A DNA stretch of 64,000 nucleotides, taken from positions 1 through 64,000 of the IMG/VR virus record IMGVR_UViG_3300042257_000362. One strand, 5' to 3'. The translations under genes were made by a program, and so were the position numbers. Of the stretch, positions 35,937-46,046 are shown piece after piece. Each line of letters begins with the position of its first letter. Within the stretch, counting starts at the first letter, position 1. The notes beneath the pieces are model-generated. The model searched no databases and was not told the DNA's origin. It worked only from the letters and a program-made list of their open reading frames with translations. Source of the DNA: an uncultured virus (IMG/VR IMGVR_UViG_3300042257_000362) (taxonomy: Duplodnaviria > Heunggongvirae > Uroviricota > Caudoviricetes).

Positions 35937-37191
35937 AGTTGCTGCTTATGCTAGGGTATCTAATGGTAAAGATGCAATGCTACATTCCTTATCTGCTCAA
36001 ATCAATTATTACAAGAAAGTGATTCAAGATAATAAAGATTGGCAGTTTGTAGGAGTGTATGCAGATGAAGCTCTCACTGGAACCAAAGACTCGAGACAAG
36101 AGTTTCAGCAGCTTTTAGAAGATTCCAAAGCTGGTAAAATTGATATGATTATTACAAAGTCTATATCAAGGTTTGCAAGAAATACAATGACACTTCTTGA
36201 GACTGTAAGAGAACTTGATAAACTAAATGTTGATGTATTTTTTGAAGAACAGAATATTCACTCAATAAGCAGCGAAGGAGAAATGGTACTTACGTTATTG
36301 GCATCTGTAGCACAGGAAGAATCAAGAAGTGTTTCAGAAAATATGAAATGGCGCATTAAGAAGGAATTTCAGCAAGGTGAGATTTGGGGAGGACGATCGC
36401 CTCTTGGGTATAACTTAAAGAATAAGACGTTTCGTGTGATTCCTAAAGAAGCTGAATTGGTGCAGCTCATCTATAAACTATATGTTGATGGTAATGGTGC
36501 TGAAGCAATTTGTCAGATATTAGATGAAAAAGGTATAAAACCTAAGGAATCTAAAAAGTGGGGTCCATCATCGATTATTAAGATTCTGTCAAATCGAAAT
36601 TATACAGGTGACTTGCTATTGCAAAAGACATACTTGAACAATCATTTATCAAAGAAACAGGTTATCAATAAAGGAGAACTTGATCGATATTTGGTTAAAG
36701 GAAATCATGAGGCAATCATAAGCAAAGAATTATTCGATAAAGTACAGAGAATTAAACAAGAGCGAGCCATTAAAAACAAATCAATTCTACCAAAGAAAAA
36801 AACGTTTCTTCATGGCTTAATACAATGTGGTAATTGTGGTTCAACTTATACACCTAAGAAGATGAGGCAGAAGGACATTTGGATTTGCTCGAAATCAGCA
36901 AGTAAAGGTCAAGATGTTTGTGATTCTAAACTTGTCCCACATAATATAATCATTGAAGCGTCTAAGCGTGTTTTGGATATGGACCAATATAGTGAGACAA
37001 TATTTAATTCGAAGGTTACTAAGATAATCGTTCAAGCGAATAAACAACTAGATTTTCATATGAGAGACGGAGCGGTTGTCAGCTATCGTTGGCAACATAA
37101 ATCAAGAAGTAAGAGTTGGACACCTGAAATGAAGGAACAAGCACGATTGAGAGCACTAGAACAACATCATGGAGGTGGAGAAAATGCCTAA
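35878..37191 (+). CDS. Large serine recombinase 1
   Basis: YARVS, KSISRFARN, recombinase domain, CGNC zinc ribbon. Confidence 0.93.
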   Translation: MKEKKITKIEALSKLPKKTRVAAYARVSNGKDAMLHSLSAQINYYKKVIQDNKDWQFVGVYADEALTGTKDSRQEFQQLLEDSKAGKIDMIITKSISRFARNTMTLLETVRELDKLNVDVFFEEQNIHSISSEGEMVLTLLASVAQEESRSVSENMKWRIKKEFQQGEIWGGRSPLGYNLKNKTFRVIPKEAELVQLIYKLYVDGNGAEAICQILDEKGIKPKESKKWGPSSIIKILSNRNYTGDLLLQKTYLNNHLSKKQVINKGELDRYLVKGNHEAIISKELFDKVQRIKQERAIKNKSILPKKKTFLHGLIQCGNCGSTYTPKKMRQKDIWICSKSASKGQDVCDSKLVPHNIIIEASKRVLDMDQYSETIFNSKVTKIIVQANKQLDFHMRDGAVVSYRWQHKSRSKSWTPEMKEQARLRALEQHHGGGENA

Positions 37192-38764
37192 GGTCACAGT
37201 AATACCATCAACAATTAATCCCATTACCCAAATGCCACTAAATGCGAATCAAGTTAAGAAAGTAGCAGCATATGCAAGGGTTTCAACAAATAGCGATGAA
37301 CAGTACACAAGCTATGAGGCACAAGTGAATTTCTACAAAAAATACATCCAAGAAAAACCTGACTGGGAATATACCGAAGTATACGCTGATGAAGGGCTTT
37401 CAGGAACAACAACTAAGAAACGAGCTGAGTTTAATCGAATGATTAAGGATGCATTAACTGGTAAGATCAATCTTATCATTACAAAGTCAATATCAAGGTT
37501 TGCGAGAAACACACTAGACACGATCTCTTATGTTAGAAAGTTAAAAGATCATGGTGTTGAAGTATTCTTTGAAAAAGAGAACTTGTGGACACTTGATCCA
37601 AAAAGTGAACTCATTTTAACCATTATGGCATCTATCGCACAAGAAGAATCACGCTCCATTAGCCAAAACGTGACGTGGGGTAAGAGGGTCGGTTTCCAGC
37701 AAGGTAAAGTTTCATTTGCCTACAAATCTTTTCTAGGCTATAAGAAAGAAGATGATAAGATTGTCATTGATGAAGATCAAGCAGTCATTGTTAGAATGAT
37801 TTATCGTATGTTTTTAATTGAAGGTAAGACTGCAACTGGCATAGCAAACTATTTAAAGTCACAACATATCAAAACGCCAAGAGGCAAAGCGAATTGGACT
37901 AAGAATAACGTGAATTCAATTCTTACCAATGAGAAGTATAAAGGTGATGCACTTCTTCAAAAGACCTATACCGAAAACTATCTTGATCATAAAATGGTTA
38001 AGAATAACGGACAAATTCCTCAGTACTATGTAGAAAATAGTCATCCAGCGATTATTGACAGAGATATGTGGGAACAGGTTCAAATTGAACTTAAACGAAG
38101 AGAACGAATTGGTGCTAAATACTCATCGTCTGATATATTTGCATCGAAACTGATATGTGAGGACTGTGGAGGATTCTATGGCAAAAAGAAATGGCATTCC
38201 AATAGCAAGTATTCTAGATTTGTGTATCAATGTAACAATAAGTTTCATAAGCATAAAGACAAATGCCAAACGCCTAATTTAGCAGAGGAGGACATTAAAC
38301 TTAAATTCATTAAAGCTTATAATCTTTCAATGGAAGATAAAGTAAGAATCATAGAAGATACATACAAAGTCATAGAACTGCTGACCGATACAGAAAAACT
38401 CGATGATGTTATTTCTGAACTTGAGGACGAGATCATGGTAACTTCAGAAATAGTGAGTAGACTTGTCAATGAAAATTCAAAAACAGACATAGCTTTAGAA
38501 GATTACAATAAAAAGTATGAAGAGTTATCCAATCGATATGACAAGCTTAAAAACAAACAAACAGACTTGTTAAACGAAAGAAATGAAAAGCAAGGACAAG
38601 CACTTAGAATGAAAGCTTTTATTGCAAGCCTATCTGAATCTGAAGATAAGCTTGATGAATGGAATGAGCGTATTTGGATGTTATTAGTTGATGGAGCAAC
38701 AGTTCACAGAGATTCGAGCATTACATTCAAGTTATACAATGGCATTGATATAAAAACAAAATAA
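37184..38764 (+). CDS. Large serine recombinase 2
   Basis: YARVST, KSISRFARN, CEDC zinc ribbon, coiled coil. Confidence 0.94.
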   Translation: MPKVTVIPSTINPITQMPLNANQVKKVAAYARVSTNSDEQYTSYEAQVNFYKKYIQEKPDWEYTEVYADEGLSGTTTKKRAEFNRMIKDALTGKINLIITKSISRFARNTLDTISYVRKLKDHGVEVFFEKENLWTLDPKSELILTIMASIAQEESRSISQNVTWGKRVGFQQGKVSFAYKSFLGYKKEDDKIVIDEDQAVIVRMIYRMFLIEGKTATGIANYLKSQHIKTPRGKANWTKNNVNSILTNEKYKGDALLQKTYTENYLDHKMVKNNGQIPQYYVENSHPAIIDRDMWEQVQIELKRRERIGAKYSSSDIFASKLICEDCGGFYGKKKWHSNSKYSRFVYQCNNKFHKHKDKCQTPNLAEEDIKLKFIKAYNLSMEDKVRIIEDTYKVIELLTDTEKLDDVISELEDEIMVTSEIVSRLVNENSKTDIALEDYNKKYEELSNRYDKLKNKQTDLLNERNEKQGQALRMKAFIASLSESEDKLDEWNERIWMLLVDGATVHRDSSITFKLYNGIDIKTK

Positions 38765-38769
38765 AGAGA

Positions 38770-38802
38770 GGTCTACCGGTTGAGAAACAGGTAGGCTTTT
38801 TA
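38770..38802 (+). terminator. Terminator after recombinases
   Basis: GTCTACC...GGTAGGC plus T-rich tail. Confidence 0.65.
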
Positions 38803-38873
38803 GTTTTTGTCATTTTTATAATTAAGAAGGTATGATATAATTTATTTAAGAGGATATCTAAGGGGAGAACATC

Positions 38874-39003
38874 ATGGATAATTACGAAGTAGCGGTTAGA
38901 GGTACGAATTTAGCTGCACAAATTTTAGGTATGAAAGCTCTTGAAGTTCTGTTTTTTTTATAATCAAAATCATTCTAAAAGGGGTATTAATCCCATATTT
39001 CTA
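38874..39003 (+). pseudogene. Decayed 5' fragment of the HExxH protein gene seen intact at 45190
   Basis: MDNYEVAVRGTNLAAQILGM vs MDNYEVAINGTTLAAQILGI; frame breaks in a T-run; upstream promoter also matches. Confidence 0.85.
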
Positions 39004-39055
39004 TATTCAAAATAAATGTGGTAGAATTACTGTGTTAAAGAAAAAGGTGAGAGAT

Positions 39056-42000
39056 ATGAGTTACCTAAAGAAACTAGTTATTGCATTATTGTTAGTAATT
39101 GTCATAACAATACCGGTAGTATCCGTTAATGTGAAAGCAGATGCGAGTGAAGAAAGAACTATTTATTTAAGTGCAACAGAATTTGATTACCCACCTTTTT
39201 CAGTCACAGATAGTGGTGAAGCAGACGGTTTTTCTGTGGAGCTACTAAAAGCAGTTGCTGAAGAAATGGGCATAGTTGTCACATTTAAAATTGATCAATG
39301 GAACGTTTTAAAAGAAGAACTTAAAAATGGAGAATTAGATATTCTTCCTTTAGTTGGATATACAGAAGAACGGGACGAAATCTATGATTTTACTGTGCCT
39401 TATATCGTCATGCGAGGAAATATTTTCGTTAGAAAAGGTGAAAATGGCATTCAATCTCAAGAGGACTTATTTGGAAAAGAAATCCTTGTGCTTGATGGCG
39501 ATAACTCACAAGAATGGGCTTGGTCTATCGGCTTAGACTCTGAGTTGACTGCGACTGCAACTTATTTAGAAGCATTTGAGCTTTTAGCGAGTGGTGTGTA
39601 TGATGCCGTATTAGCCCAAGGTTTAGTTGGTGAAAAATTAATTAGCGATCATGGATTGGATAATATCACACCGGTCTATGTTTATGATGATAATGGTATT
39701 AATCGATATAAATTGAATTTAGAAGGATATGAACAAAAATTTTGTTTTGCAGTTGTTGAGGGAGATAGTGAATTACTATCTATTTTAAATGAAGGTCTTT
39801 CAATCGTATCAACAAATGGCACCTATGATGAACTTTATCAAAAATGGTTTCCTTTTTTATTAGAATATGAAGGCGTTTCAACAGCTGAGGTTCTTAAATA
39901 TGTTGGTTATGTACTGATTCCTATATTGGTACTATTAATCACCGCTTACTTTATTACAACGAGAAAAACAATAAAAAATAAAACAGAAGAAATTGTAAAA
40001 GAAAAAAATATTGCTGAAAAATATTTGCATGATTTAATCCTATCTGGAAAAATATTTGAAACGAGTATTGAACATGCACCAATCCCGATTATGATTCATG
40101 CAGATGACGGTCAAGTGATAAATATTAGTAAAACTTGGACAAAACTAACAGGTTATCAAAAAGAAGACATACCTACCATCTATGAATGGACAGAAAAGGC
40201 TTTTGGGACTAAGAAAGAAGATGTGCAAAGATTTATATCAGGACTTTATATTTTAACGGAAACTCAACATGACGGAGAATTTGAAGTTAATACTAAAGAT
40301 GACAAAAAATTAATATGGGATTTTTATTCAATCGGTATTGGCCAGTTAACAGACGGAAGAAAAGCTGCAATGAGTGTTGCGACGGATATTACAGAACGTG
40401 TTGAAATCAGTCAACTGCTCAAGGAAAGTGAAGAAAGATTTAAAGCATTGCACAATGCTTCTTTTGGTGGTATTTCCATTCATGATAAGGGATTAATCCT
40501 TGATTGTAATCAAGGACTTGCTGATATGACAGGTTATTCCCAAAACGAACTCATTGGTAGTGATGGGGTAATGTTAATCGCACCTGATTATAGGGATTTT
40601 GTAATGAATAAAATCACTTCTAGTTATGAAAAGCCTTATGAAGCCTATGGACTTAGAAAAAACGGGGATATATATCCACTAAGATTAGAAGCGAGAAAAA
40701 TCCCTTATAAAGGAAAACAGGTTCGAGTTGTTGAATTTAGAGATATCACTGAACAAAAAAAAGTTGAAGAAGAACTATTAGTTAAACAAAAAGAATTACA
40801 ACACTCGAAATATTTAATGAATTATATCATTGAACATAATAATGCAGGTGTTGCAGTTCATGACAAAGAGTTGAATTATGTTTATGTGAGCAATAAATAC
40901 TTAGATCAATACGATATTCATGATGATATCATTGGAAAGCATCATCATGATGTTTTTCCAGATTTGCCTGACAAGTGGCGTGAAATTCATCAGAAAACAT
41001 TACAGGGCATGGTTTTTAAAAACGATAAGGATCTCTTTGTGAGAAATGATGGAATCTTACTATGGACAAGATGGGAATGTCGACCTTGGTATGATGCCAA
41101 TGATGAAATTGCTGGAATTATTATATACACCGAAGTTATTAATGAATTAGTTAAAGCGGAGCAAGAAAAAGAATATCTATTAACACACGATCAACTAACT
41201 GGCTTGAATACTCGTATATATTTTGATGAGCAAATAAAGCAAATCGATAAAGATGAGAACCTTCCAATCTCACTCATTAATTTCGATATTAATGGTCTAA
41301 TTATAATCAACGAAGCATTTGGACATGAATATGGCGATGAATTTATCAAGTTTATTGCACAGACGCTTAAGGACGTTTTTAATGATGAAAGCGTTATTTC
41401 AAGAGTAGGTGGCGATCAGTTTACAGTGCTTTTAAAAAACACATCAAACAAAACTGCAGAAAATTTAGCAAAAGAAGTTGCTGCTCGAGTCAAGAATCAG
41501 GATATTAAGGGCACCCAAATATCGATTGCACATGGTATTGCAACAAAAAACAAAGATGAAGAAATTAGTAAGTTGTTTACAATCTCTGAGAATAATATGT
41601 ATTCTAACAAGATTTTCGAATCTCAATCATATCGAAATAATTCAATTAAATCCATGATAAAAGCATATCATGAAAAAAATCCAAGAGAAGAAGAACATTC
41701 AAAACGTGTATCGATATTATGCGAAAAATTTGCTGAAGTTTTAGAAATGAACTATGAGGATATTAACAAACTAAAGGCAATAAGTCATCTCCATGACATC
41801 GGTAAAATTGCCATTGATGAAGCTATCTTAAATAAACCGGGGAAACTAAACGATGTAGAGTGGGAAACTATTAAAAAGCATCCTGAAATTGGTGCACGCA
41901 TAATTTCAACTTCACATGAGTACTCAGTCATTGCAGATGACATATTATCGCATCACGAAAGATATGATGGTAATGGTTATCCAAGAGGAATAGCGGGTAA

Positions 42001-42205
42001 AGATATTCCAATAAGAGCACGCATGATTGCCATTATTGATTCTTATGATGCCATGACATCTGATAGACCATACCGAAAAGCAATGGCAAAGCAAGAAGCA
42101 ATTGATGAAATCGTTAGATGTTCAGGTACACAATTTGATCCAGATTTAGTAGAGGTTTTCATCAAGAAAGTCATTATAAATGATGACGCTGATATAACAT
42201 CATAA
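39056..42205 (+). CDS. Solute-binding domain + TM + PAS domains + degenerate GGDEF + HD-GYP phosphodiesterase
   Basis: DYPPFS..GFSVEL; PAS/PAC RDITE motifs; GGDQF; HDIGK and HHERYDGNGYP. Confidence 0.9.
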   Translation: MSYLKKLVIALLLVIVITIPVVSVNVKADASEERTIYLSATEFDYPPFSVTDSGEADGFSVELLKAVAEEMGIVVTFKIDQWNVLKEELKNGELDILPLVGYTEERDEIYDFTVPYIVMRGNIFVRKGENGIQSQEDLFGKEILVLDGDNSQEWAWSIGLDSELTATATYLEAFELLASGVYDAVLAQGLVGEKLISDHGLDNITPVYVYDDNGINRYKLNLEGYEQKFCFAVVEGDSELLSILNEGLSIVSTNGTYDELYQKWFPFLLEYEGVSTAEVLKYVGYVLIPILVLLITAYFITTRKTIKNKTEEIVKEKNIAEKYLHDLILSGKIFETSIEHAPIPIMIHADDGQVINISKTWTKLTGYQKEDIPTIYEWTEKAFGTKKEDVQRFISGLYILTETQHDGEFEVNTKDDKKLIWDFYSIGIGQLTDGRKAAMSVATDITERVEISQLLKESEERFKALHNASFGGISIHDKGLILDCNQGLADMTGYSQNELIGSDGVMLIAPDYRDFVMNKITSSYEKPYEAYGLRKNGDIYPLRLEARKIPYKGKQVRVVEFRDITEQKKVEEELLVKQKELQHSKYLMNYIIEHNNAGVAVHDKELNYVYVSNKYLDQYDIHDDIIGKHHHDVFPDLPDKWREIHQKTLQGMVFKNDKDLFVRNDGILLWTRWECRPWYDANDEIAGIIIYTEVINELVKAEQEKEYLLTHDQLTGLNTRIYFDEQIKQIDKDENLPISLINFDINGLIIINEAFGHEYGDEFIKFIAQTLKDVFNDESVISRVGGDQFTVLLKNTSNKTAENLAKEVAARVKNQDIKGTQISIAHGIATKNKDEEISKLFTISENNMYSNKIFESQSYRNNSIKSMIKAYHEKNPREEEHSKRVSILCEKFAEVLEMNYEDINKLKAISHLHDIGKIAIDEAILNKPGKLNDVEWETIKKHPEIGARIISTSHEYSVIADDILSHHERYDGNGYPRGIAGKDIPIRARMIAIIDSYDAMTSDRPYRKAMAKQEAIDEIVRCSGTQFDPDLVEVFIKKVIINDDADITS

Positions 42206-42221
42206 ACGGAGGATAAATATA

Positions 42222-43121
42222 ATGAATATTAACTATAATGATAACCTTATTCCTTATCTATATGAGGGTGTATATGTTGTAGATCAAAAAAGAAAAATTA
42301 TTTTTTGGAATGAAGGAAGTAAGCGTATTACAGGATACTCTGCAGAAGAAGTCATGAATAGTTTTTGTTATCATAATATCTTGCAACATGTCGATTCAGA
42401 AGGAAAAAAATTGTGTTTTGATGGATGCCCATTACACAAAACGTTAGATAATGGAATGATTAATGAAGCGCATGTTTTTTTAAAACATAAAGAGGGTTAC
42501 CGAATACCAGTGATGGTAAAAACACTCCCAATTTATGACGAAAAACAAAATATTGTAGCAGCTATAGAAGTGTTTACCGATGAAAGATTTCAAAAACATA
42601 TCTATCATGAGAATCTTGAACTTAAGAATAAACTTCGTATTGATCCATTAACAAAAATAGCAAACAGACATTTTTTTGATTTTCAACTTTCTAAAAAGAT
42701 AGAAGAGACTAAAGTATTTTCAAGCTTGTTTGGAATTTTAATGATTGATATTGATCATTTCAAATCAGTCAATGATACTTATGGTCATTTGGTTGGAGAT
42801 GAAATCTTGAAAATAGTTGCCAATTCATTATCTTCAAATGTCGAAAAAACAGGTCTTGTCAGTCGTTGGGGAGGCGAAGAGTTTATTGCAATTATTGATG
42901 TTGATAATCAAGATGACTTGCTAAAAGTTGCTGAAAAACTTAGAAATGTTGTGTTAACATCAGGTTATCAATTGGATAGTGGCAAAACAATATCTGTATC
43001 TATATCCATTGGTGGAACACTTGTCAATAGTGATGATGATACTAAGTCACTAATTAATAGAGCAGATGAAAATATGTATTATGCAAAACAAAATGGAAGA
43101 AACCAATCCAAAATTGAATAA
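42222..43121 (+). CDS. PAS-GGDEF diguanylate cyclase
   Basis: DPLT..ANR, DIDHFKSVNDTYGH, RWGGEEF. Confidence 0.93.
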   Translation: MNINYNDNLIPYLYEGVYVVDQKRKIIFWNEGSKRITGYSAEEVMNSFCYHNILQHVDSEGKKLCFDGCPLHKTLDNGMINEAHVFLKHKEGYRIPVMVKTLPIYDEKQNIVAAIEVFTDERFQKHIYHENLELKNKLRIDPLTKIANRHFFDFQLSKKIEETKVFSSLFGILMIDIDHFKSVNDTYGHLVGDEILKIVANSLSSNVEKTGLVSRWGGEEFIAIIDVDNQDDLLKVAEKLRNVVLTSGYQLDSGKTISVSISIGGTLVNSDDDTKSLINRADENMYYAKQNGRNQSKIE

Positions 43122-43170
43122 TGGATTATGTTGGTTTTTTGGATATTATTTTTGACATTTACCTTTGTTA

Positions 43171-43242
43171 AGCCACTTTTCTGGGGTGGCGTAAAAATAT
43201 GGCAGAGGTGCGCAATTGTATTAAAATAGGTTACATATTCCA
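43171..43242. other. attR-like right end of element I
   Basis: GGGGTG...GAGGTG then AATTGTATTAAAATAGG; CCA starts 26 nt after AATTGTA, same as at 52083/52109. Confidence 0.7.
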
Positions 43243-43449
43243 CATTAAGAAAAGTTATAGAAAAATTCTAGTATAATTTTTAAGGCATAAATAAATATGA
43301 TGATCTTTATATCAAATATTTTAATAATTAATTGTTAATGAAAAACTAAACGGAGTGTTCTAGTTATATTTGACTTTTAATGAAAGAATAACAGTAATTT
43401 TATAAAAAAGATGGATTATATACAACTATAAAATAAATTCCAAGATAAA

Positions 43450-44355
43450 ATGAGGTATATAAATATGTATAAAATCAGTAAAAAATTTGTTACATTAATC
43501 AATCAAGAAAAAATAGCATACATTGATCAGGGGAAAAGTGAAAAAGTGCTTCTGTTAATTCACGGGAATATGGCATCTTCAGCAACAATGATTACATTAA
43601 TTGAAGCCTTAAAAGATGATTATCGTGTGATTGCACCAGATATGCGTGGTTTTGGTGACTCGTCATTTAATAAAAATTTTACAACATTGAAAGAACTTGC
43701 ATTTGATATGTTTTTATTTTGTAAGGCATTAAATGTCAAAAAAGCACACGTCGTTGGTTGGTCAACAGGATTTGGTGTTGCAATGGAACTCGCTTTATTG
43801 GCACCAGAAATGGTTCAATCATTATTTAGTATTGAAGGAATGAGCGTTAAAGGATATTATTCTAGAAGGAAAGATAAAGACGGACATATTTTAAAACACA
43901 AAATTTTCAATAGTTTCAATGAAATGACAGCGGATGAAAGCATGCAATTAGTTCCTGAAGCACTAAAAAGAAAAGATAGAGCGTTTGTTAAAAGCATATG
44001 GATGAACTTGCTCCTTCATGTGAAACCAGAAAAAAACGAAAATTTACTTAATTTATATATTGATGAAACTTTAAAAGAAAGATGTCAAATGAATATTAAT
44101 TGGTGCTGGGTTAATTATAATATTTCAAATGAATCAAATTTATATACAAATGGTCATAATAGAGTTAATGAATTGAAATGCCCAGTTTATTTAACATTGG
44201 CTGACAAAGACAATGTTGTTTATGAAGATATGATTATGGAAAATGTGAAATTTATTAAACAAGCTAAACTTATCCACTTTAATGAAGCAGGACATTGCCT
44301 TCATATTGATCAACTTGATGCTGTTGTTAAAGCAATGAAAAAATATTTAAAGTAA
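43450..44355 (+). CDS. Alpha/beta hydrolase
   Basis: LLIHGN, DMRGFGDS, GWSTG nucleophile, AGH. Confidence 0.9.
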   Translation: MRYINMYKISKKFVTLINQEKIAYIDQGKSEKVLLLIHGNMASSATMITLIEALKDDYRVIAPDMRGFGDSSFNKNFTTLKELAFDMFLFCKALNVKKAHVVGWSTGFGVAMELALLAPEMVQSLFSIEGMSVKGYYSRRKDKDGHILKHKIFNSFNEMTADESMQLVPEALKRKDRAFVKSIWMNLLLHVKPEKNENLLNLYIDETLKERCQMNINWCWVNYNISNESNLYTNGHNRVNELKCPVYLTLADKDNVVYEDMIMENVKFIKQAKLIHFNEAGHCLHIDQLDAVVKAMKKYLK

Positions 44356-44479
44356 ATGTGCGAATAATTATGAAATGAAATTACAATATTTTGTAAATAA
44401 AAACTGTTAGTCATATTAATTTACCCAATATCAAAGTCTCTTTTTTATAGGGTAGAGTATATAAAAACTAACTGTTTTT

Positions 44480-44944
44480 TTATCTTACTTTTTTCATAAA
44501 TGCTTCAAGTTGCTTAGTTTTAGGATTTTCCAAAATGTCTGGTTCACCATGTTCGATAATATGTCCGTCATCTAGAAAGACAACATAATCAGCAAAATCT
44601 TTTACAAAACTTATAACATGGGTGACAAAAATAAAATCTTTTCCTAACCCCTTTAATTCTTCAATAGCTGTTAAAACCTCATCAGTTAAAATAGGATCAA
44701 GAGAAGATGTTGGTTCATCTAAAAAGACAATATCAGGATTCATAGCAAGTGCTCTTGCAATTGATGCTCTTTGTGCCTGTCCTCCAGAAACATTTCTCGG
44801 TAGTTTATAGTGTTGATCTCTAAGATGTAGAAGATCTAGATACTTGTCAGCAATTTGTGATGCTTTTTCTTCATCAACTTTTCTTGTTTTTTCTAAAACC
44901 AATGTAATATTTTTCTTAAGTGTTAAATGAGGAAAAAGATTATG
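44480..44944 (-). pseudogene. 5'-truncated polar amino-acid ABC ATPase (GlnQ-like)
   Basis: HNLFPHL, VSGGQAQR, FLDEPTSSLDP, FVTH present; Walker A half absent. Confidence 0.85.
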
Positions 44945-45097
44945 GAAACATTCATAACCAATCTAAAAAAATCAGAAAATGAACTATCTGATTGGAATGT
45001 ACGAATATGGATGCTTATGGTGGAAAGTGCAACTGTCCATAGGAATTCGAGTATAACGTTTAGGTTTCGCAATGGAGTCTCTATAAAAATTAACTGA
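44942..45097 (+). pseudogene. 3' remnant of large serine recombinase 2 homologue
   Basis: METFITNLKKSENELSDWNVRIWMLMVESATVHRNSSITFRFRNG matches MKAFIASLSESEDKLDEWNERIWMLLVDGATVHRDSSITFKLYNG. Confidence 0.92.
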
Positions 45098-45124
45098 GTC
45101 GCTTGAAAAATAGCGACTTTTTTT
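45097..45124 (+). terminator. Intrinsic terminator
   Basis: AGTCGCT...AGCGACT plus T-run. Confidence 0.75.
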
Positions 45125-45189
45125 GTATTTTTATAATTAAGAAAATATGTTATAATTTTAGTTAAGAGAATATCTTGGAGGACCACATC

Positions 45190-45651
45190 ATGGATAACTA
45201 CGAAGTTGCAATCAATGGGACTACTTTAGCTGCACAGATTCTAGGTATAGAAACTCCTGATGTGCAGTTTTTTTATAACCAAGATTTAACGGAAAAAGGG
45301 ATCAACTCCATTTTTCTAAAGGATAAATATATCATAGCATTTAATGAAGAGTGGATAGAGCAAGCAAATCAAGTGGAAATTCTAATCACTTGTTTCCATG
45401 AGAGTAGACATGCACTCCAATGGAAAGTTATAACTGGTGAGTACACCGGAACTGAAGTAATAGATCCAATGACGATTCATAAATGGAAAGATGAAATGAG
45501 CAATTACAATTCACCTACAAAAAAAGACATTCCAGAAGAAGAATATCTAAAGCAGGCGATTGAGATTGATGCTATAGCATTTGCACATAAGATGATGTTA
45601 GAACATTTTGGGGTAAGAACTTATGTACCAAATATGATTGAAAATAAATAA
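45190..45651 (+). CDS. HExxH zincin-like metallopeptidase
   Basis: CFHESRH and EIDAIAFA; start re-assigned to 45190. Confidence 0.75.
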   Translation: MDNYEVAINGTTLAAQILGIETPDVQFFYNQDLTEKGINSIFLKDKYIIAFNEEWIEQANQVEILITCFHESRHALQWKVITGEYTGTEVIDPMTIHKWKDEMSNYNSPTKKDIPEEEYLKQAIEIDAIAFAHKMMLEHFGVRTYVPNMIENK

Positions 45652-45681
45652 AAAATATATTTAGAAATGAGGGGATAAATC

Positions 45682-46014
45682 ATGAAAAAAACTAATAGTA
45701 ACAAAGGAATCTTATATTTAATTCTAATTGTAAACGGTCTATATTTAGCCATTTCATTCATTGCTTATTTGATAAAAATGAGTACTTATCCTATCAGTGC
45801 GAATATTATAGATTTTCTATACTTAATACCATATTTAGCAATTGGAATAATTATAAGTGTGGGACTCTCATTGTATTTCTATAAAAAGTATGAACGACAA
45901 AACATTGATATCATCGAAAAATCAAAAGTTTTCCTATTGGTTAATTTACCTAGTTTTATTATGTTTGATTTAACCATCTTTATTATATTGGCTATGGTGA
46001 TTCAAGTAGATTAA
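45682..46014 (+). CDS. Small membrane protein (about 3 TM)
   Basis: Hydrophobic segments; GAGGGG RBS. Confidence 0.65.
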   Translation: MKKTNSNKGILYLILIVNGLYLAISFIAYLIKMSTYPISANIIDFLYLIPYLAIGIIISVGLSLYFYKKYERQNIDIIEKSKVFLLVNLPSFIMFDLTIFIILAMVIQVD

Positions 46015-46046
46015 CTTCAAATAACATCATGTGAAGAGGTGGTTTA

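Larger units (their letters stand above)
560..43241. mobile_element. Prophage element I (HK97-type siphophage with paired large serine recombinases), left tip deleted
   Basis: Ordered regulation, replication, packaging, head, tail, lysis and recombinase modules; begins at tRNA-Ser 3' end; att half-site at 43214-43242. Confidence 0.9.

Noticed and set aside
44923..45186. Minus-strand 87-aa ORF
   Set aside because: Shadow of the plus-strand recombinase remnant and its terminator.
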